Source: Phoronis australis
Lineage: Eukaryota > Animalia > Phoronida
DNA length: 64,000 bases
Direction of reading: 5' to 3'
NCBI GenBank assembly: GCA_002633005.1
Contig: NMRA01000154.1
Coordinates: 1 to 64,000 of the forward strand
Of the stretch, positions 50,886 to 64,000 are shown one piece after another. A program made the position numbers and the translations under genes. Under the pieces are notes generated by a model. It was not told where the DNA came from, searched no databases, and was given only the letters and a program-made list of their open reading frames with translations. Position 1 is the first letter of the stretch, and the number at the start of each line of letters is the position of its first letter.

Positions 50886-51749
50886 AGGAAATCATTCTGC
50901 TTAAATTACAAATGATTCGTCAGATCGGCAAACTGGGGCTTCTGTGCTTATAGCGCCCCCAAGCGACTGCCTAGTGAACCCATGCCGTGAGCCAGACTCG
51001 TCTTGTCCTACATGGTTAAACTACAAGCACCGTCTTTAATATTTCAAACAAAATAACATCGTGTAATCGTCATCAAACTTCAAAAGTTTTGGAACAAATT
51101 TGAAGACTCCTAATACATGTGCGGTACTTACTACCATTTTTAACACCACGGCTAATATCGGACAACTAGTTACAGCGTTGTGTACAAATCAATGTTTAAC
51201 TGGACATTATCTTAAACCGCAAATTGACTAATTCATTAAGCTGTCAGCAAACGAAAGTATATAGGTGGATATTTGATCGTAACCTACCATTATGTTTTAT
51301 TCTGACGTCACAAGTAATCCCAACCGATTGGGTACCGGTACACATGGTTATTACAGGTCATATGTCATCGGAATTAATGAACAGTGTACTCGTACACTAC
51401 TATACACAACGATACGAGGAACCAAATGGAAATTATCGATTATATCTACGAATGTGTTTTATTTTGGTTTGAAGTTGGCCTTCGATAAGAACTCAACGAA
51501 AGCTAGGTTGCGTGTTTGGAGAATTCGACTCTTCATATTCCGGTACTGTGCTTTCAGTCACTGAGTTGACATATATCACTGATGGTCAAACGGACCGTAA
51601 ATGCAATAATCTTACGAGTAAACCCATTGTGATCACGTGTTTCACTTGTAATGCATCGTGATATTCGGAGATGACTTGGGTGGTCTTGCGTTTTCGTGGA
51701 TGTGTTGCACCTACGGAACCTTCCAGAACACGTGCTCTAGTATACATAG

Positions 51750-52040
51750 CCTCAAATCATCCCGGAGTCTGCGCATGCGGGAACTTCAATCATTACTGTA
51801 CAGCAAATCTCGCGTGCCGCCCCACCTAGCGGCAGGCAGGGAACCAGCGAATACAACGAGACTCTCAAATAATGGGAAATGTCGTCGAATGCTCCGGATT
51901 ACCCCCTGTGTTAACAATACATCAGAAGTCAAAGTAAAGATTGAAACTTTTGAGACCCATTAAACTGAAGCCACGATTTTAGCTGTCGCTAGTCTGCAAG
52001 GATTGGAGTTCGCACATGCGCAGACATGAAACACATCTGA
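51750..52040. mobile_element. MITE-like inverted repeat element
   Basis: gtctgcgcatgcgggaacttcaatc (~51767) versus gattggagttcgcacatgcgcagac (~52001). Confidence 0.5.
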
Positions 52041-52909
52041 GGAAGTACGAAAATACCCTATAATGTTCAATGCTACGGAACGAGTCTTTTTATCGAAAAC
52101 AGCCACGGTTACCGGTCTCTTGCGACACGTCAATCAGCCGATCCAAACGAGAGTGGACATCATTCACAGGTGCCGTCCTCGAAGGTAACCTTTGTGTATC
52201 ACGCTCTTGTTGGAACAAACAATAAACTTGACTAGAAATATACTTATTTCTTAGTCAATTCGAGGTTCCTCCGCTGATTGTTCTTCTTTCCCGTTTTGAG
52301 AAATAGAATTCGCCTTGTGATAAAGACAGCACTGTGAAATTGTGTAGTCAGGCATCACGTAGGTGACAAGTTAGATTATTAGCAGGAATGTTAATTCAGT
52401 GGCCAATGAAAATTTGAAATTTTTGGCAATCATGGTTCTGATATAAGCCACGAATTGCCGTACTCTTACAAAATGTTCGTCAAATTCCGTTTGGCGATTT
52501 CGGCCCTTTTAAAAAAGTACAACTGAGAGAAAAACTCACGTTGAGAGTAACCTGAATAATGTGAGCGAATACGCTATTTTTTAGGCATGCCTACAATGCA
52601 CTACTGAAGTAACCCCAGTGTCGGCGCACGACCTTTCGTTATTTAGGCCTTATCTTCCAAGCTATTGTTCTTTATTTCATATTATCAAACAGAATAGTAA
52701 CTTTTAAAATCAAATTCCTTTTCGAAAACGAAATAAGATAATTTCTCAGACGCTTGGTCACTCAAAAAGTCAATGGCAGACGCCGGAGCCGCCGGGTCTG
52801 ATGAGATACCCTGCGCTATCGTAGGGAATCAATTGCATTTCATTGTTTAACTTTTAAAACATCACAATACTCTCTGTACAAAAAGCTGACAAGTGAATTA
52901 GTTTAATAC

Positions 52910-52932
52910 TTATATATATATATATATATATA
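52910..52932. repeat. (TA)n microsatellite
   Basis: About 11 TA units. Confidence 0.95.
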
Positions 52933-53072
52933 CAAAAGTGTGTGCATCTATATTTCACAGTGTCGTCACAGTTTAAACTTTCGAGAAACTGTAAAACCGT
53001 GGCTGACCCACAGTATTGCCAGTCTATCGCGCCGTTTTCTTGTTGAGAACACTATCTCACCCAAAGAAACTA

Positions 53073-56000
53073 TCAGTTGAATATCTTGAAACTTTTGTTA
53101 AAAAGTCTGAAACTAGACACCGACTTTTTATGCACAGGTCTTGGTTTATCGTCCTCTTTTTTGTCGGAGGCGTTCTTCGGTGACTTGGTCCTTCGCAGAG
53201 CGTTCGTATTGGATGAGTTTCCTGGACTGAGAAAAGTATGTTTGTCCTCTGATATAAACAGTGGCTGTAGCGGCATTTGTCGCTCTCTCTCGCGCATAAT
53301 TTCTCTAATAATGTCATGGAACACAGTTTCCACAGCAATGTATTCTTCAGCCGCACTACTTTCGTAGAACATACATTCGTATTGCGTGGCCAGAGACGAC
53401 CCTTCGTTGCTGCTGATTTGTCTGTGAAATAAAAAATTCGATGAACAGTATCTTGTATCTAAACATTTTGACACAAGCCATGTCCCTTTGCCGTCAACGA
53501 CCATGGCAACAGTTTTGCGTTTTACCTAACGAAGTTTAAAGCAGCTGTAAACCAGCGTACAGCGGTCCAAGAAACGAACGTCTGATTTAGACTACTTACC
53601 GCGATAAAATTGATTTCAACGTGTTCCTAATTATACTGAGATAAGAAATGATTTCTAGCTGTGTAAAGGACTGGAAGTTCACTATTCCTTGAAGTGATGC
53701 TCCAGTTTGAAATGAGATCCGTGACAAGCCAACTTGTACAGTCTGGTCTCGCACAATAACGAAGTGCCAGTTCAGTTCTTTAGGAGCCCGGAAATCACTT
53801 CGATTTTGATAAAGGATTATTTTGAGAACAATTTCACTTACCCTTAAGTGGTCTAAATCAAAAACGATTAGTCACGTTATTTCCATTACTATCAATTATT
53901 GCCAGTCTGAACACGGGGTCATTTGCGGGATAAAATTTACGCAAAAGCTTAAAAGCTCAGAAAGGTGATAGGAAGCGATAGCGAAATTGGCGTGTGTAAA
54001 AATTCCTACGACACGCACATGTTTTGGATATCTCATCTTTGAGAGAATTTCCTTTCATTTTACAGATTTAACATGAGTATCGGCTATATTCTAACAAACT
54101 CAGCGGTTTTTATTTTCTCAAAAATGCTAAATGTTCGTCACCACGGCAATGGCGTTTTCCAAAAGTTTTCGTTCGTCCAGTAAAAGTTGCAATATTTATT
54201 TTTATTTTGTCTTCACTTTTGCTAGATAGATAGAAGACGAATATGTCAAGTAAATTGTGCTTCCAAATCAAAATGTTTTTTGTGAAAATGGGACAGCGCT
54301 GTGTTGTGCTGGCCAACCAACTTTCTTTTAGACGTCGAAAGAAAAACAGTGTCTCTCGATTACTTGCAAAACACTTCAGAACGTGAGGGTTACTGTAATT
54401 TAACATCTGCTACGATTACAGAAATTACCACTAAGATTAAAGTATACATACCTGTATCTTTCTAAGTCTGCTTTGTTGCCTAGCAACGCTAACGGGTAAT
54501 ACTTTCCAGTAATTCTCTGGTACTGTGTAACATTTTCTAAAAATGTCGTTGCATCGTCAAAACTTTGCCTACTCGTAATACTGTAAACAACGATAAAGCC
54601 GTCTGCCCATTTTAGGTATCTGTTAGCGTCAGAATCTTCCTACAATACAAGAAACCCATGGGTGGAATGACCGCTACTGATAATGGAGTCATTGGTTTAT
54701 ACTCATTAACAATGCATTAACATTTGTGTACAGCATCATTTCTGTTTTATCTACTTAGTTTATACAGGCACGATATAAAACATCCGTTTGCTAAGCTCCC
54801 TTGACTGTGACGCGCGTGCACATGGAATGACGTCAAAGTATTCTATTTTTTCATTGGGAAGTTGAGAGTTGAAGCGTGATTTGTCATGCGTCAATATTGA
54901 AAGGTAAATGAAAATTGGAAAAGATCCCCTGACAGCCTTCTGTATAAAGAGTATGAACGCTGACGTAAACTTATCAAGACATCAAAGAACTGACTCCTAG
55001 TGTTTTCTTTCTCTAGTAGTCCAACTGCCATCGAACTTGACAAATTGCAGGTTCGCATGTTTATATATGATCAGGTATGAAACCCTATTGTGGATAAAAA
55101 CAAACTTGAAATGGTTTTGAAGGATCCTAAACGAGGTGTATACATGGTTTTAAAAGTAACGAATTGATGAAGTGGCCACTCTGTGCTCTAATTCAGTGGG
55201 ACGATCAGCTTTCGTTGTTCACTTACTTGACACCTTTTTACGGCAAATCAAAAGAAATTTAATCGGCCAGTCCCTACAAGGAACTTGCCTCCCAGTATAC
55301 GTGCACTGACCAGAAATTTAATGCTTTGTAAAACAAAAACCAAGCACGGAACTGTTAAAAATAAAGATCACAGGTTGGTAATTTTGTGTTCACTTTTTAT
55401 TGGGCCCAACTTGGAACAAGCGTGCAACTAGTACTGATCATCGCTACGATTCTGCACGACTGATGACATATGACCACCAGTCTCATAACAGTCTCATGAT
55501 ATATGACCACCAGTCTCATATCAGTCTGATGATATATGACCACCAGTCTCATATCAGTCAGATGATATATGACCACCAGTCTCATATCAGTGTGATGATA
55601 TATGACCACCAGTCTCGTAGCAGTCAGATGATACATGACCACCAGTCTCATAACAGTCTCATGATATATGACCACCAGTCTCATATCGCTCTGATGCTAC
55701 AGTGTATATGACCACCAGTCTCATATCAGTCTGATAACACATGACCACCAGTCTCATATCAGGCTGATGATATATGACCACCAGTCTCATAACAGTTCTC
55801 ATGATACATGACCACCAGTCTCATATCAGTCTGGTGATATATGACCACCAGTCTCATATCAGTCTGATGATATATGACCACCAGTCTCATATCAGGCTGA
55901 TGATATATGACCACCAGTCTCATGTCAGTCTCATGATATATGACCACCAGTCTCATATCAGTCGGATAATATATGACCACCAGTCTCATATCAGTCTGAT

Positions 56001-57375
56001 TATCATTCACACAAGCGTCATTCTTGGAAACCCTTTTCTGATCATTTGTCATTGCTCAGTGATAAGAAATCATATAAATTATCAGATTCATAATAAACAT
56101 GGAAACGAAAAGTTTATCAACGGTTACTATGTTGTCAAATACAATTTATATCATACAATGGTTGATATAGGTATATAAAAATCCTTAATGATGAATAATG
56201 ATCAGCCACGGATCATGAAGTCAGAATGAAACAGAAATATTTTCTTGTGAATCGATGGAAAATAACACTGCCGTTTATATAGGGAGATTCTCCCGAAACA
56301 AGCCGCAAACTTGCGCGTTTTTCCATTTTGAAAGGCGAATCGAGTTATGTTGTGAAGTTGATGGCGGATTGTTCCTGCACCTAATGCTTGAATTCACAGT
56401 TGTAAGACTTGACCCTCTTAATTAGTCTTGCTATCGTGGTAGTTCAACTACGCCATCTTTACAAACATTGTTTCACGCCTCCTTGTACTTCATTGGTCTA
56501 AATGCAACGAGCGTCGGGTGAACAGCTGGCACGCTGCCAAAAATTAAAAACATTCAATATCAGCATGAGCCCAATATATGAAATTGACGGTCTGCAAAAT
56601 TTGAAGTTTCAGCCTCTATTGGAAAAAATATTTACAAAAGTCTGAGACCTGTTTCGGGAGAATAACCCTGTATGTAGCAGGCCAAAAACCAACAGTGATC
56701 GTAATTATTTGCAATTGTAGCAAACCTTGTCGCAAGTATCCATGATTCGTATCACCATTTCCTGGTTGTCCATGGTCTCTTGCTTTGTGTAAATTCCCTC
56801 TGGAAATTCATCAGAATTAATAAAAGCTTTTTACATTTTTACACAGTTTAACTCCGGCTTTTTAAAACTCACGGCAGGTATACATTCATTCTTTGGCATT
56901 GTGCCAAAAACCAAAAAGTTTAACTGAAATACGGCTCTATGTTAGTGCTTCAGTTGGACTTACATAATTGGAAAGATGAAAAGCTCGTTAAGCAATTACT
57001 TATCAAATCAACCATAACAGACGCGAATACCAGCGAATTTTCTTGTACGCAAAACAAACTCGATCACTTCCATGGACGAAATAGTGCTCCCGCCATACAA
57101 GAAATTTAAAATTAAGTTTAGTTTCTGCCTACACGACCAACCGTAAAATACATGGTCGACTCAGTCTACAAATTTCTTTTTAAATACAAAAACAAAAACA
57201 GTATTTCTGTAACAGAAAAGAATGTTCAAAGTAGTTAAACATTTTACCGACATTACTTAACCCTGAGAGGAGTGAGGGTAGGGCAGGCGTGAAGAATACA
57301 TCTACAGGACCGCCTTACCTATGTATGGGTCGTATTCCATTATGAACCTTTTTGTAATGTATTTCACAGTCAACG
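53073..57375 (-). CDS. RERG/RASL-like Ras-family small GTPase (G1/P-loop exon not found, probably beyond the window)
   Basis: Exons 57375-57319 (ALTVKYITKRFIMEYDPYI), 56799-56726 (..IRIMDTCDK), 54639-54452 (YLKWADGFIVVYSIT..LLGNKADL) and 53421-53073 (FYESSAAE..FKIFN*). Phases 1/0/2 are consistent; no CaaX. Confidence 0.92.
55458..56000. repeat. 33-bp minisatellite in the GTPase intron
   Basis: About 16 copies of ctgatgatatatgaccaccagtctcatatcagt. Confidence 0.97.
56280..56670. mobile_element. Tc1/mariner-type MITE
   Basis: TIRs tagggagattctcccgaaaca / tgtttcgggagaataaccctg flanked by TA dinucleotides. Confidence 0.8.
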
Positions 57376-57490
57376 CTGAAAAGGAAGAACGGCGATCAGA
57401 TCAAGACACTTTTCGACTCGAAAGCTTATTAAAAGCGATAAAAGGCGCCTAAAAATTGACAATTTTATGTACATTCTGGACGGGGATCCA

Positions 57491-57878
57491 GTGGCCGGTT
57501 GCACGAAACCGTGCCAAATGGGGAATCAATTAAGGTCCCTAAGTCTTTTTGAGTATTTTTATGTACTCACACATGTAATTTTTTCTATCATTTCATCTTT
57601 AATATGAGTTCCTTTTTGATTAATGACATTTTCTAATAATATAGCTAAGAACTGAGCTCTGAGTTCACTGAAAATTAATAGGGACTCAGTTCTTAAATTG
57701 AGGGTGTTGCATGAAAAGATCTCTACTGGCTTTCAATAATATTGACAAGTCAACTAGAGTTCACTCTCGATTTGTATCAAAGCCAAAAATTGACTTAGTA
57801 ATGAAACTAAAACAATACAAGACAAGACAATCAATGTTTTCACACGTCCACAAATACGCAGTAGATTTAGGGAACCTC
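57491..57878 (+). mobile_element. Right-truncated copy of the 22074-22490 MITE
   Basis: Shares ccggttgca.gaaac, aatgacattttctaataat, actc(t)cgatttgtatcaaagccaaaa and caaatacgcagtagatttagggaac. Confidence 0.8.
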
Positions 57879-58095
57879 GGAGTCCATCCCCATGGACACT
57901 CGGACCCCCTCCCGATGGACGTTGGGAAATTCTCCTCAAGGCCGAAATGGGCACTCGGACCTCCCCCCCTCCCCATGGACACTCGGACCACCTCCACATA
58001 GACACTCGGACCACTTAAAAATGGACAATCGGACCCTCTCCCCATGAACACTTGGATCCTCTCCCCATATGGACACTCGGATCTCCTCCCCATGC
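57877..58095. repeat. ~23-24 bp GC-rich minisatellite (ccccatggacactcggacc)
   Basis: Several degenerate tandem copies. Confidence 0.85.
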
Positions 58096-59116
58096 ACACA
58101 GCAATTAATCAGGATCACGGATGCAACATCTCCATCCGGTGGCAAGAGACTCTAAACCCAAGACGAGGCTAATTTATACGAGGTGCTTCTCAGTTCATTC
58201 ACCGCCAACGCCAGGTTAACGGAACTATGCCATACCATGAATTCCGCCAGGTGAACTGCGTAGGCTCAGTTATAATTTGGCACTACTCACTCCGCCAAAC
58301 TGCGGCAGTTGTGACATGGAACTGCTAATTACAGGTCGAGTGTGTGGTATTTAAAAATGCTGAAGTGACAATATGGAGGCTGGGGTCAAATTTTGTCCGC
58401 TGAGGTTCAAGACGTATTTTTCGTCAGTTAATAGACGAGATGTCCAGGTGTCATAAATGATCCAATTTGAAGCTGGGATTCACCCTTGTAAATTTGATAG
58501 TTAACCATATCAAATAATTTTCGCCGACAAAATTCATCTCCAGACGCATCAAAATGACCTAAAGCGTTAAAGACACAGTTTGCGAGCGAATAAACAACTC
58601 CATACAAGATGACGTATATACTCTCTTGACAAAGGTCAATTACATATAAAGTTTTACTGTTTTAAATTATCACATCATACTCTAAAAAGGACAATGTCCG
58701 CGTGATTTTCCTTCTTGAATATTTATTACAATGAATACGCTATGAGTCGTTTTGCTATTTATAAACTTACATAGCACACGTATTCGCCACTGTCGTCATA
58801 AACTGAAACATAACACCAATCCGCTGATAATCATTTTATGGTGAGATAAAATCATCACCAAGTAGCATTTAAATTCCGCGATAGAAGTGGAGAGATAACA
58901 GTTAGCTTTCTCAAGTTCCATTGTCTCACAACGTGTAAAGCGCAACCTTGTTATTTTTTGTATCAGATACGCTCAAATCGCAACGTTGGTCTGGACCGAG
59001 TTGCATAACTTTGATAGTAAAACGAAGTTAACAGCATTGTGCAACCATGGTCACGTGGTGTACAGTTGTATGACCTTGTAAATGCCCCATCTGTTTCTTC
59101 TATATACTCCATTGAT

Positions 59117-59470
59117 TTTGAGATGAACAATTTGAATTGACCTAACTTAGCTTTCGTTTTGAAGAAAATGGCAAAAGCGATCGACGTTTATAGATTACGC
59201 CACAAATAGTCGATTCTCATTGGTCAATGCGCAGCGTTCATATGGAGCTCTACCCATCAACCGATATTTCCTGTAATCAGTAACTACTAAATTCGCCAAG
59301 CATGTAGCGTGGCGTTGTACATGTGAATATCCAATCTATACCTTCTGTACAAGCGATACATTTCATAGCCTTGAGATGAACAGTTTAAGTTCCCCCAACG
59401 TTCTCGTTCTTTGATGAAAAAAGTGAACTCAACGTTTATAGATTACTCGTGATAAAGAGTCAATTCTCAA
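59117..59470. repeat. Diverged local duplication (two ~100-bp copies about 250 bp apart)
   Basis: ttgagatgaaca..acgtttatagattac..attctc occurs at ~59119-59218 and ~59371-59468. Confidence 0.6.
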
Positions 59471-62400
59471 AACCACTGTATCGTCCGCGGTCAACATTTT
59501 CAAGCACCACAAATTGGATTTACAATGCTTTTTCGTCTCAAAATAATATATCTGGTTACATGGGGAGAAAACCTAACCGGATCAAAGTAGATAATATGTT
59601 AGCGTTGATTTAGAATTGTACTGAGACTACAAACCGACACCAGCGCAATATACGTGTACGAGGACAGCCTGATTGTAAATGTGTTGCCGTTAACCAGCGG
59701 GCATCATTAATAAAGGACAGGTGTTATGATGAAAGTACCAATCTGTACTTTTCGGAGTACAAGCCTTCGTTGCTACGTTCTTCGACGTCATTTCTATGAC
59801 CAAAGGTGAGCCACAACAGAGCCGCGAAAACTTCTTGTCAGACGACGTGTGTCTTCAGCGCCAAATTCCTTTCATTAACGAGTACGGCAAGAGCGACGCA
59901 ACGTTTTGAAATGCACCCGCGAGTGCATCGCTAACAGTGTGCTTCCACCGTTTATTACTTTCATGAATGCAATTAAGCTAATTTGGCAACTATGATATGA
60001 AAGCTGAAAATGAGCTGGTGCAGGCGCATCCTAGTGTTACACCTCTCTGAAAAAATATCAGGCCCCTCTGAAAATAACCAGCGGACAAGTAATATCTTGT
60101 CAAAATTAAAATGGCCAACAGGGGTGCTACGCTAGTCCAAACTGTCCCAATATCTACCGGCGCCGGCATAAACACTGGAAAACCGTTTTGACAATAATCC
60201 ACGCGCACGCAGTGTCTAGTCAAACACAACAACGGTCGACTAGGTTGCTGCCTATGTCAAATCTGCCCAAAAATCATCTTGTGCACCCGCATATCCGTCA
60301 ATCGTTTTTGTGTCAAATTTCAACAAAACAGTAGAAATCGCCACTAGGTGACGCAAAATACGCCAATTCCATCCAAAACCGGGACTCCACTAATAAATAC
60401 CTATTTGCCAAACTTTATGAAAATCCGTTAAGGAAATCCAAAATACTGACGACAACGTAAAAAACTAAAATCGCTTCTAGGAGGCACTCTGGTAGTCGGA
60501 CCCGTCCGAATAATTCTCTTCCATTAAAGGAAATTTTTCATGGACATACATTCAAGTGTTTTGGAGACACAGCAGCGGACGCCGGGCGACGGACGCCGGA
60601 CGGACAGTAATAATATATTTGTAAATATATATGTAATTATCTGGGCGCATAAAAATTAGGTTGTCCTCCTCACTGATAACATCGCATTCCAAGAACGACA
60701 AAACTTCGTAATCTGGAGAGCTCATTAAACATATTAGTACATGGCCTACATGTATTGCCACAAGATCTGAACGCAGCACGCATCTTCATCATCCCATACA
60801 TGTACGTATACTTCTGTTGAATAAATATATGTCCGTTATTACGCGCATTTTACCCCAACGCGTGATTTATCAGCTTATCACTAAACTGTGTGTAATTCAG
60901 AGGTTCGTAACATACAGAGGCGTAACTCAGAGAGTCTACTTGAAGCCCTTGAAAGCGATTGTTTTGACAGTAGCTGTATATTATGGTTGAGTGGGGAGGC
61001 AACAGCCTGGCAAGTCATTGGCTAAACCAACTGATTGCCGAAAAATGCCAATTTAAGAGCTCTTTGGAATTAATTTATTTGGGCAGTATAAACCGAATTT
61101 TACAAATGAACTGATAAACTGGAAGTACACAAATGTGTCAACAAAACCTAATGATTTCTACCGATTCAAATCGTGTAAAGCTAAGTTTATTAACTGCCTG
61201 CAGTCGCGTCAGTTACGCGATTTAACCTCTCAGACAAAAACATGACCTCGACATGAACCTCGATCGGGGGAGTAAAACATTGTGGGGAATAACCCAGGAT
61301 AGGTAATGCCGGGGGGCGACTCCAGCATGTACACACTTCAATTTTCAAGACATTGTGCGCTGTATCAGCACCAAGTAGACCTCAAATAGTTACGAGCATC
61401 GCCACATCCGGGTAGCATTAGTAAAGCAATTTTCTTGAGAGAATAGTGATATTACGGAATACCACACAATATCACGCCACTGAAAGGCGAATCTTCCGCG
61501 ACTAAGAACGAGGCATCACCAGCATAGACAAACAAAATGTCCGCCACTGATGAAGCGATTGGTTTGTGTGATTGCAACGCTGAATTGTGGATGAAAATTT
61601 ATCATTTCTGTTCCGGCTGTAAGTGAAAATTTCCTACCACAAAAATCTGACAGGTGTCTCGCGTTTACAGAATGCATCCATGTTTACGTGGGTGACGAAT
61701 GTGCGATTGTCATTAAATCTTCCAGTCGGAGGTGGCACCGTTTCTTCATTTGCATATGGCAACAACCAGTACCAGAACAAGACACGGGCATCTTTTAACA
61801 AGACCGTGTTAACCCAATCACCGCCTGACAGCACGTATTGTTTTGTTAAAGAAGGTCTAGAAATAAACGGTCGAAACTTGTTATTATTCCATGAACAAAA
61901 ATTCCCAACTACACGCGACGCGCCTGTCAAGTCACACGAGACTAATTGACTACAGCTCAGAGATGAGTGCTGTGTGGCAGACCTTCACTTCAAGTTGAAA
62001 AAACAACGTATTGTACATTCTAGGACTGTTATAGACTTTGTCTACAAGGCTCTCAATAAGATGATGTGAGTAGGTACTATTAGTGGGAGGCGTCAAGAAT
62101 TGTTCTCAAATTTTTGAGGTTGAGCATGTGTTTTTCTTTGAGAAACAGAAATAAGTTGAATTTACTACCGTTTTGTGAGCACCGAAATAAGAAACATTAC
62201 ATACCACTTTGGCGTCCAACTTTTAAGAAAACATGGGTGACGTATGACAACAGTTATTGCGTTCTAATTCACTACGTCAATTGCAAATTTTGAACACCCT
62301 TTACACCCTTTACTACCTATTGATAATGTGTAACAACAATCAGCACAATGATAGAATATGATTTTATTCACAAATTGAACACCAGGATATGAACAAATCA

Positions 62401-62924
62401 AAAAGGATGTGAAAGCTCATCACTGTTGAAAGACTGGGTGAACCCTTGCAAACTTAGGTTGCCTCAGTTCATTTATGTGCCACCTAGCTCTCAATACCGA
62501 CCTGTTCACGGTTGAAGTCAATGGTCATAACAGTACCCTAAGGCATATTGCCAGTCTACTTTGGTGCTGTTCCTTAGGCATACGGGAAGTGGCAAGCAAA
62601 TGCCGTTTAAGTTATAAGCTTTCACAGCAGAACTATCTACGTCTAACCTACGTGCCTGGCGGTTGTCTCAGAAAATGACGCGTTTTTGTTGTTTTGGAGT
62701 AACCAGAAAAATTCTTAACACCGTTTTTGTGATCAGGGCATGGGGCATGTTATCTGAAAGTTTCACAGAAATCCGATTAGTCATTTCTGAGATATGATGT
62801 TCCGACGTCAGACAATTTGGTCATATTGTAGGGTCCTACGTAACCATAGCAGTAGGTCCTATTTTATCTAGTAAAACAGTGAATTGCGATCAGGGTTGTT
62901 CTTTCAATTAGTCTTGAATTTCCG

Positions 62925-63015
62925 CCGCCGGCGCTTATTTGAGACCCGGCGTTTGCTTAACAATGGTGTTTTAACTAGCTTTTACCCAGCGCTTATTTGA
63001 GACTGGCGCTTATAC
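62925..63015. repeat. gcgcttatttgagac subterminal-type repeats (DNA transposon remnant)
   Basis: Repeated gcgcttatttgagac at ~62930 and ~62989. Confidence 0.5.
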
Positions 63016-64000
63016 GCGATTCTAAGGTAACCGCGTTTGATGACGTTTCGTCCGGTGGCTACAGTCACAGGATGTTCCATCGAAACGGAAACGGAGTCGA
63101 AAACAGATACCCACACCTTTAAAACAGCTAACCAACCCGAAAAATACGAACCCGATCTTTAAAACAGAGTCCTGGGGATCGGAGAGGACCGAAACACCAC
63201 TCACACACTTTCTGTAAAGCATTGTTTGGTGAAAAATAAATCTTCCTACTTTAAATAGTTGTTGTAAAACGTTGTTTTACTGTATGAGAATTTTAGAAAA
63301 CTTTTAACAGATTGGCGTTCTACGTTATTCTGCTTCTAAAATTGTGGTGCTATCTTTTACGTCGGCTTTCGGTGTCATGAAATATTGTGTCACCTATTTC
63401 TTTTTCCCCATTTTTTCAATCAACTATTCTTCTTCCACGAGGTTGCGTACAGATCACAACAAATTGGTTTCATTTCGTTACAAGATTTTAGTATTTTAAT
63501 TAATAACTGCATACCGAATTTCAAAACAAATTTTGCAGCAGTGATCCGCCAATAAAAAAGGGTGAATGCGTTGAGTTCAGAAATTCCGATTCCAAATTCT
63601 GTTTTGTTGATCGATGAGGAGTTGAAGTACATTTTTTGAGGGCAAAAACAGTGAAAATAGCGACGGTGCAGGTCTTTTGAGCGAGCAATTCTTGCGGTCC
63701 ATTTCAAAATCCGGAAATTGATTGTACCGGAAATAATGTACTCTCTACAAGTAAATCGACGAACTCTAAAATGCGGCCAATTGTAAAGATATTTAAAGGA
63801 ATTAATAATCAATAATGACACTCGAAATAATAATGTAGTTTTTCGCTTCTGAAAATATTTTTGGAAAAACCATTGAATAATCTGAAATTAACTTAATATT
63901 CAGCGAGATAACGTGCTGAGTGTATGTTGAAATTCGCCTTCGCCCACAGACAAGTTGCAAGAGTTTTACCGATAAAAATCAAATAACATTGTCAACATAT

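Noticed and set aside
55397-56178. Repeat-protein ORFs or a CRISPR-like array
   Set aside because: A head-to-tail minisatellite with no unique spacers, lying in an intron. The ORFs arise from the 33-bp period.
57400-64000. P-loop (GxxxxGKS) exon of the GTPase, and ORFs at 61623-61949 and 63420-63821
   Set aside because: No GKS-donor pattern was found by eye. The ORFs have no recognisable motifs and lie in repeat-rich intronic or intergenic DNA.

Overview
Eukaryotic genomic DNA from an invertebrate animal (probably a lophotrochozoan; organism not determinable) in a draft assembly with one 734-N gap and several single-N contig joins. Spliced genes reconstructed by hand from GT-AG junctions: two convergent MFSD4/NAGLT1-like transporter paralogues (+3370-7682, -29324-32613); a 4-exon TMEM79 (MAPEG-like) gene that the ORF track misses (-8509-11140); a 3-exon atypical protein kinase (-15035-17969) with an in-frame upstream extension broken by one TAG; a complete 9-exon GNB5 gene (+38239/39259-46780); and the last four coding exons of a RERG/RASL-like GTPase (-53073-57375). 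There is also an intronless ~650-aa orphan ORF with internal repeats and two candidate microproteins. Mobile DNA comprises a decayed HERO (R2-like) retrotransposon, an L1/Tx1-type LINE 3' fragment, a Penelope-like element with an inverted 0.9-kb terminal duplication carrying a hammerhead-ribozyme-like core, several MITEs with visible TIRs/TSDs, and minisatellites. All family assignments rest on recalled motifs, not database searches. No prokaryote-type system (CRISPR, operon) is present. The best novelty candidate is the orphan cluster at 15-25 kb (odd kinase, putatively lipidated 59-aa peptide, acidic repeat protein).
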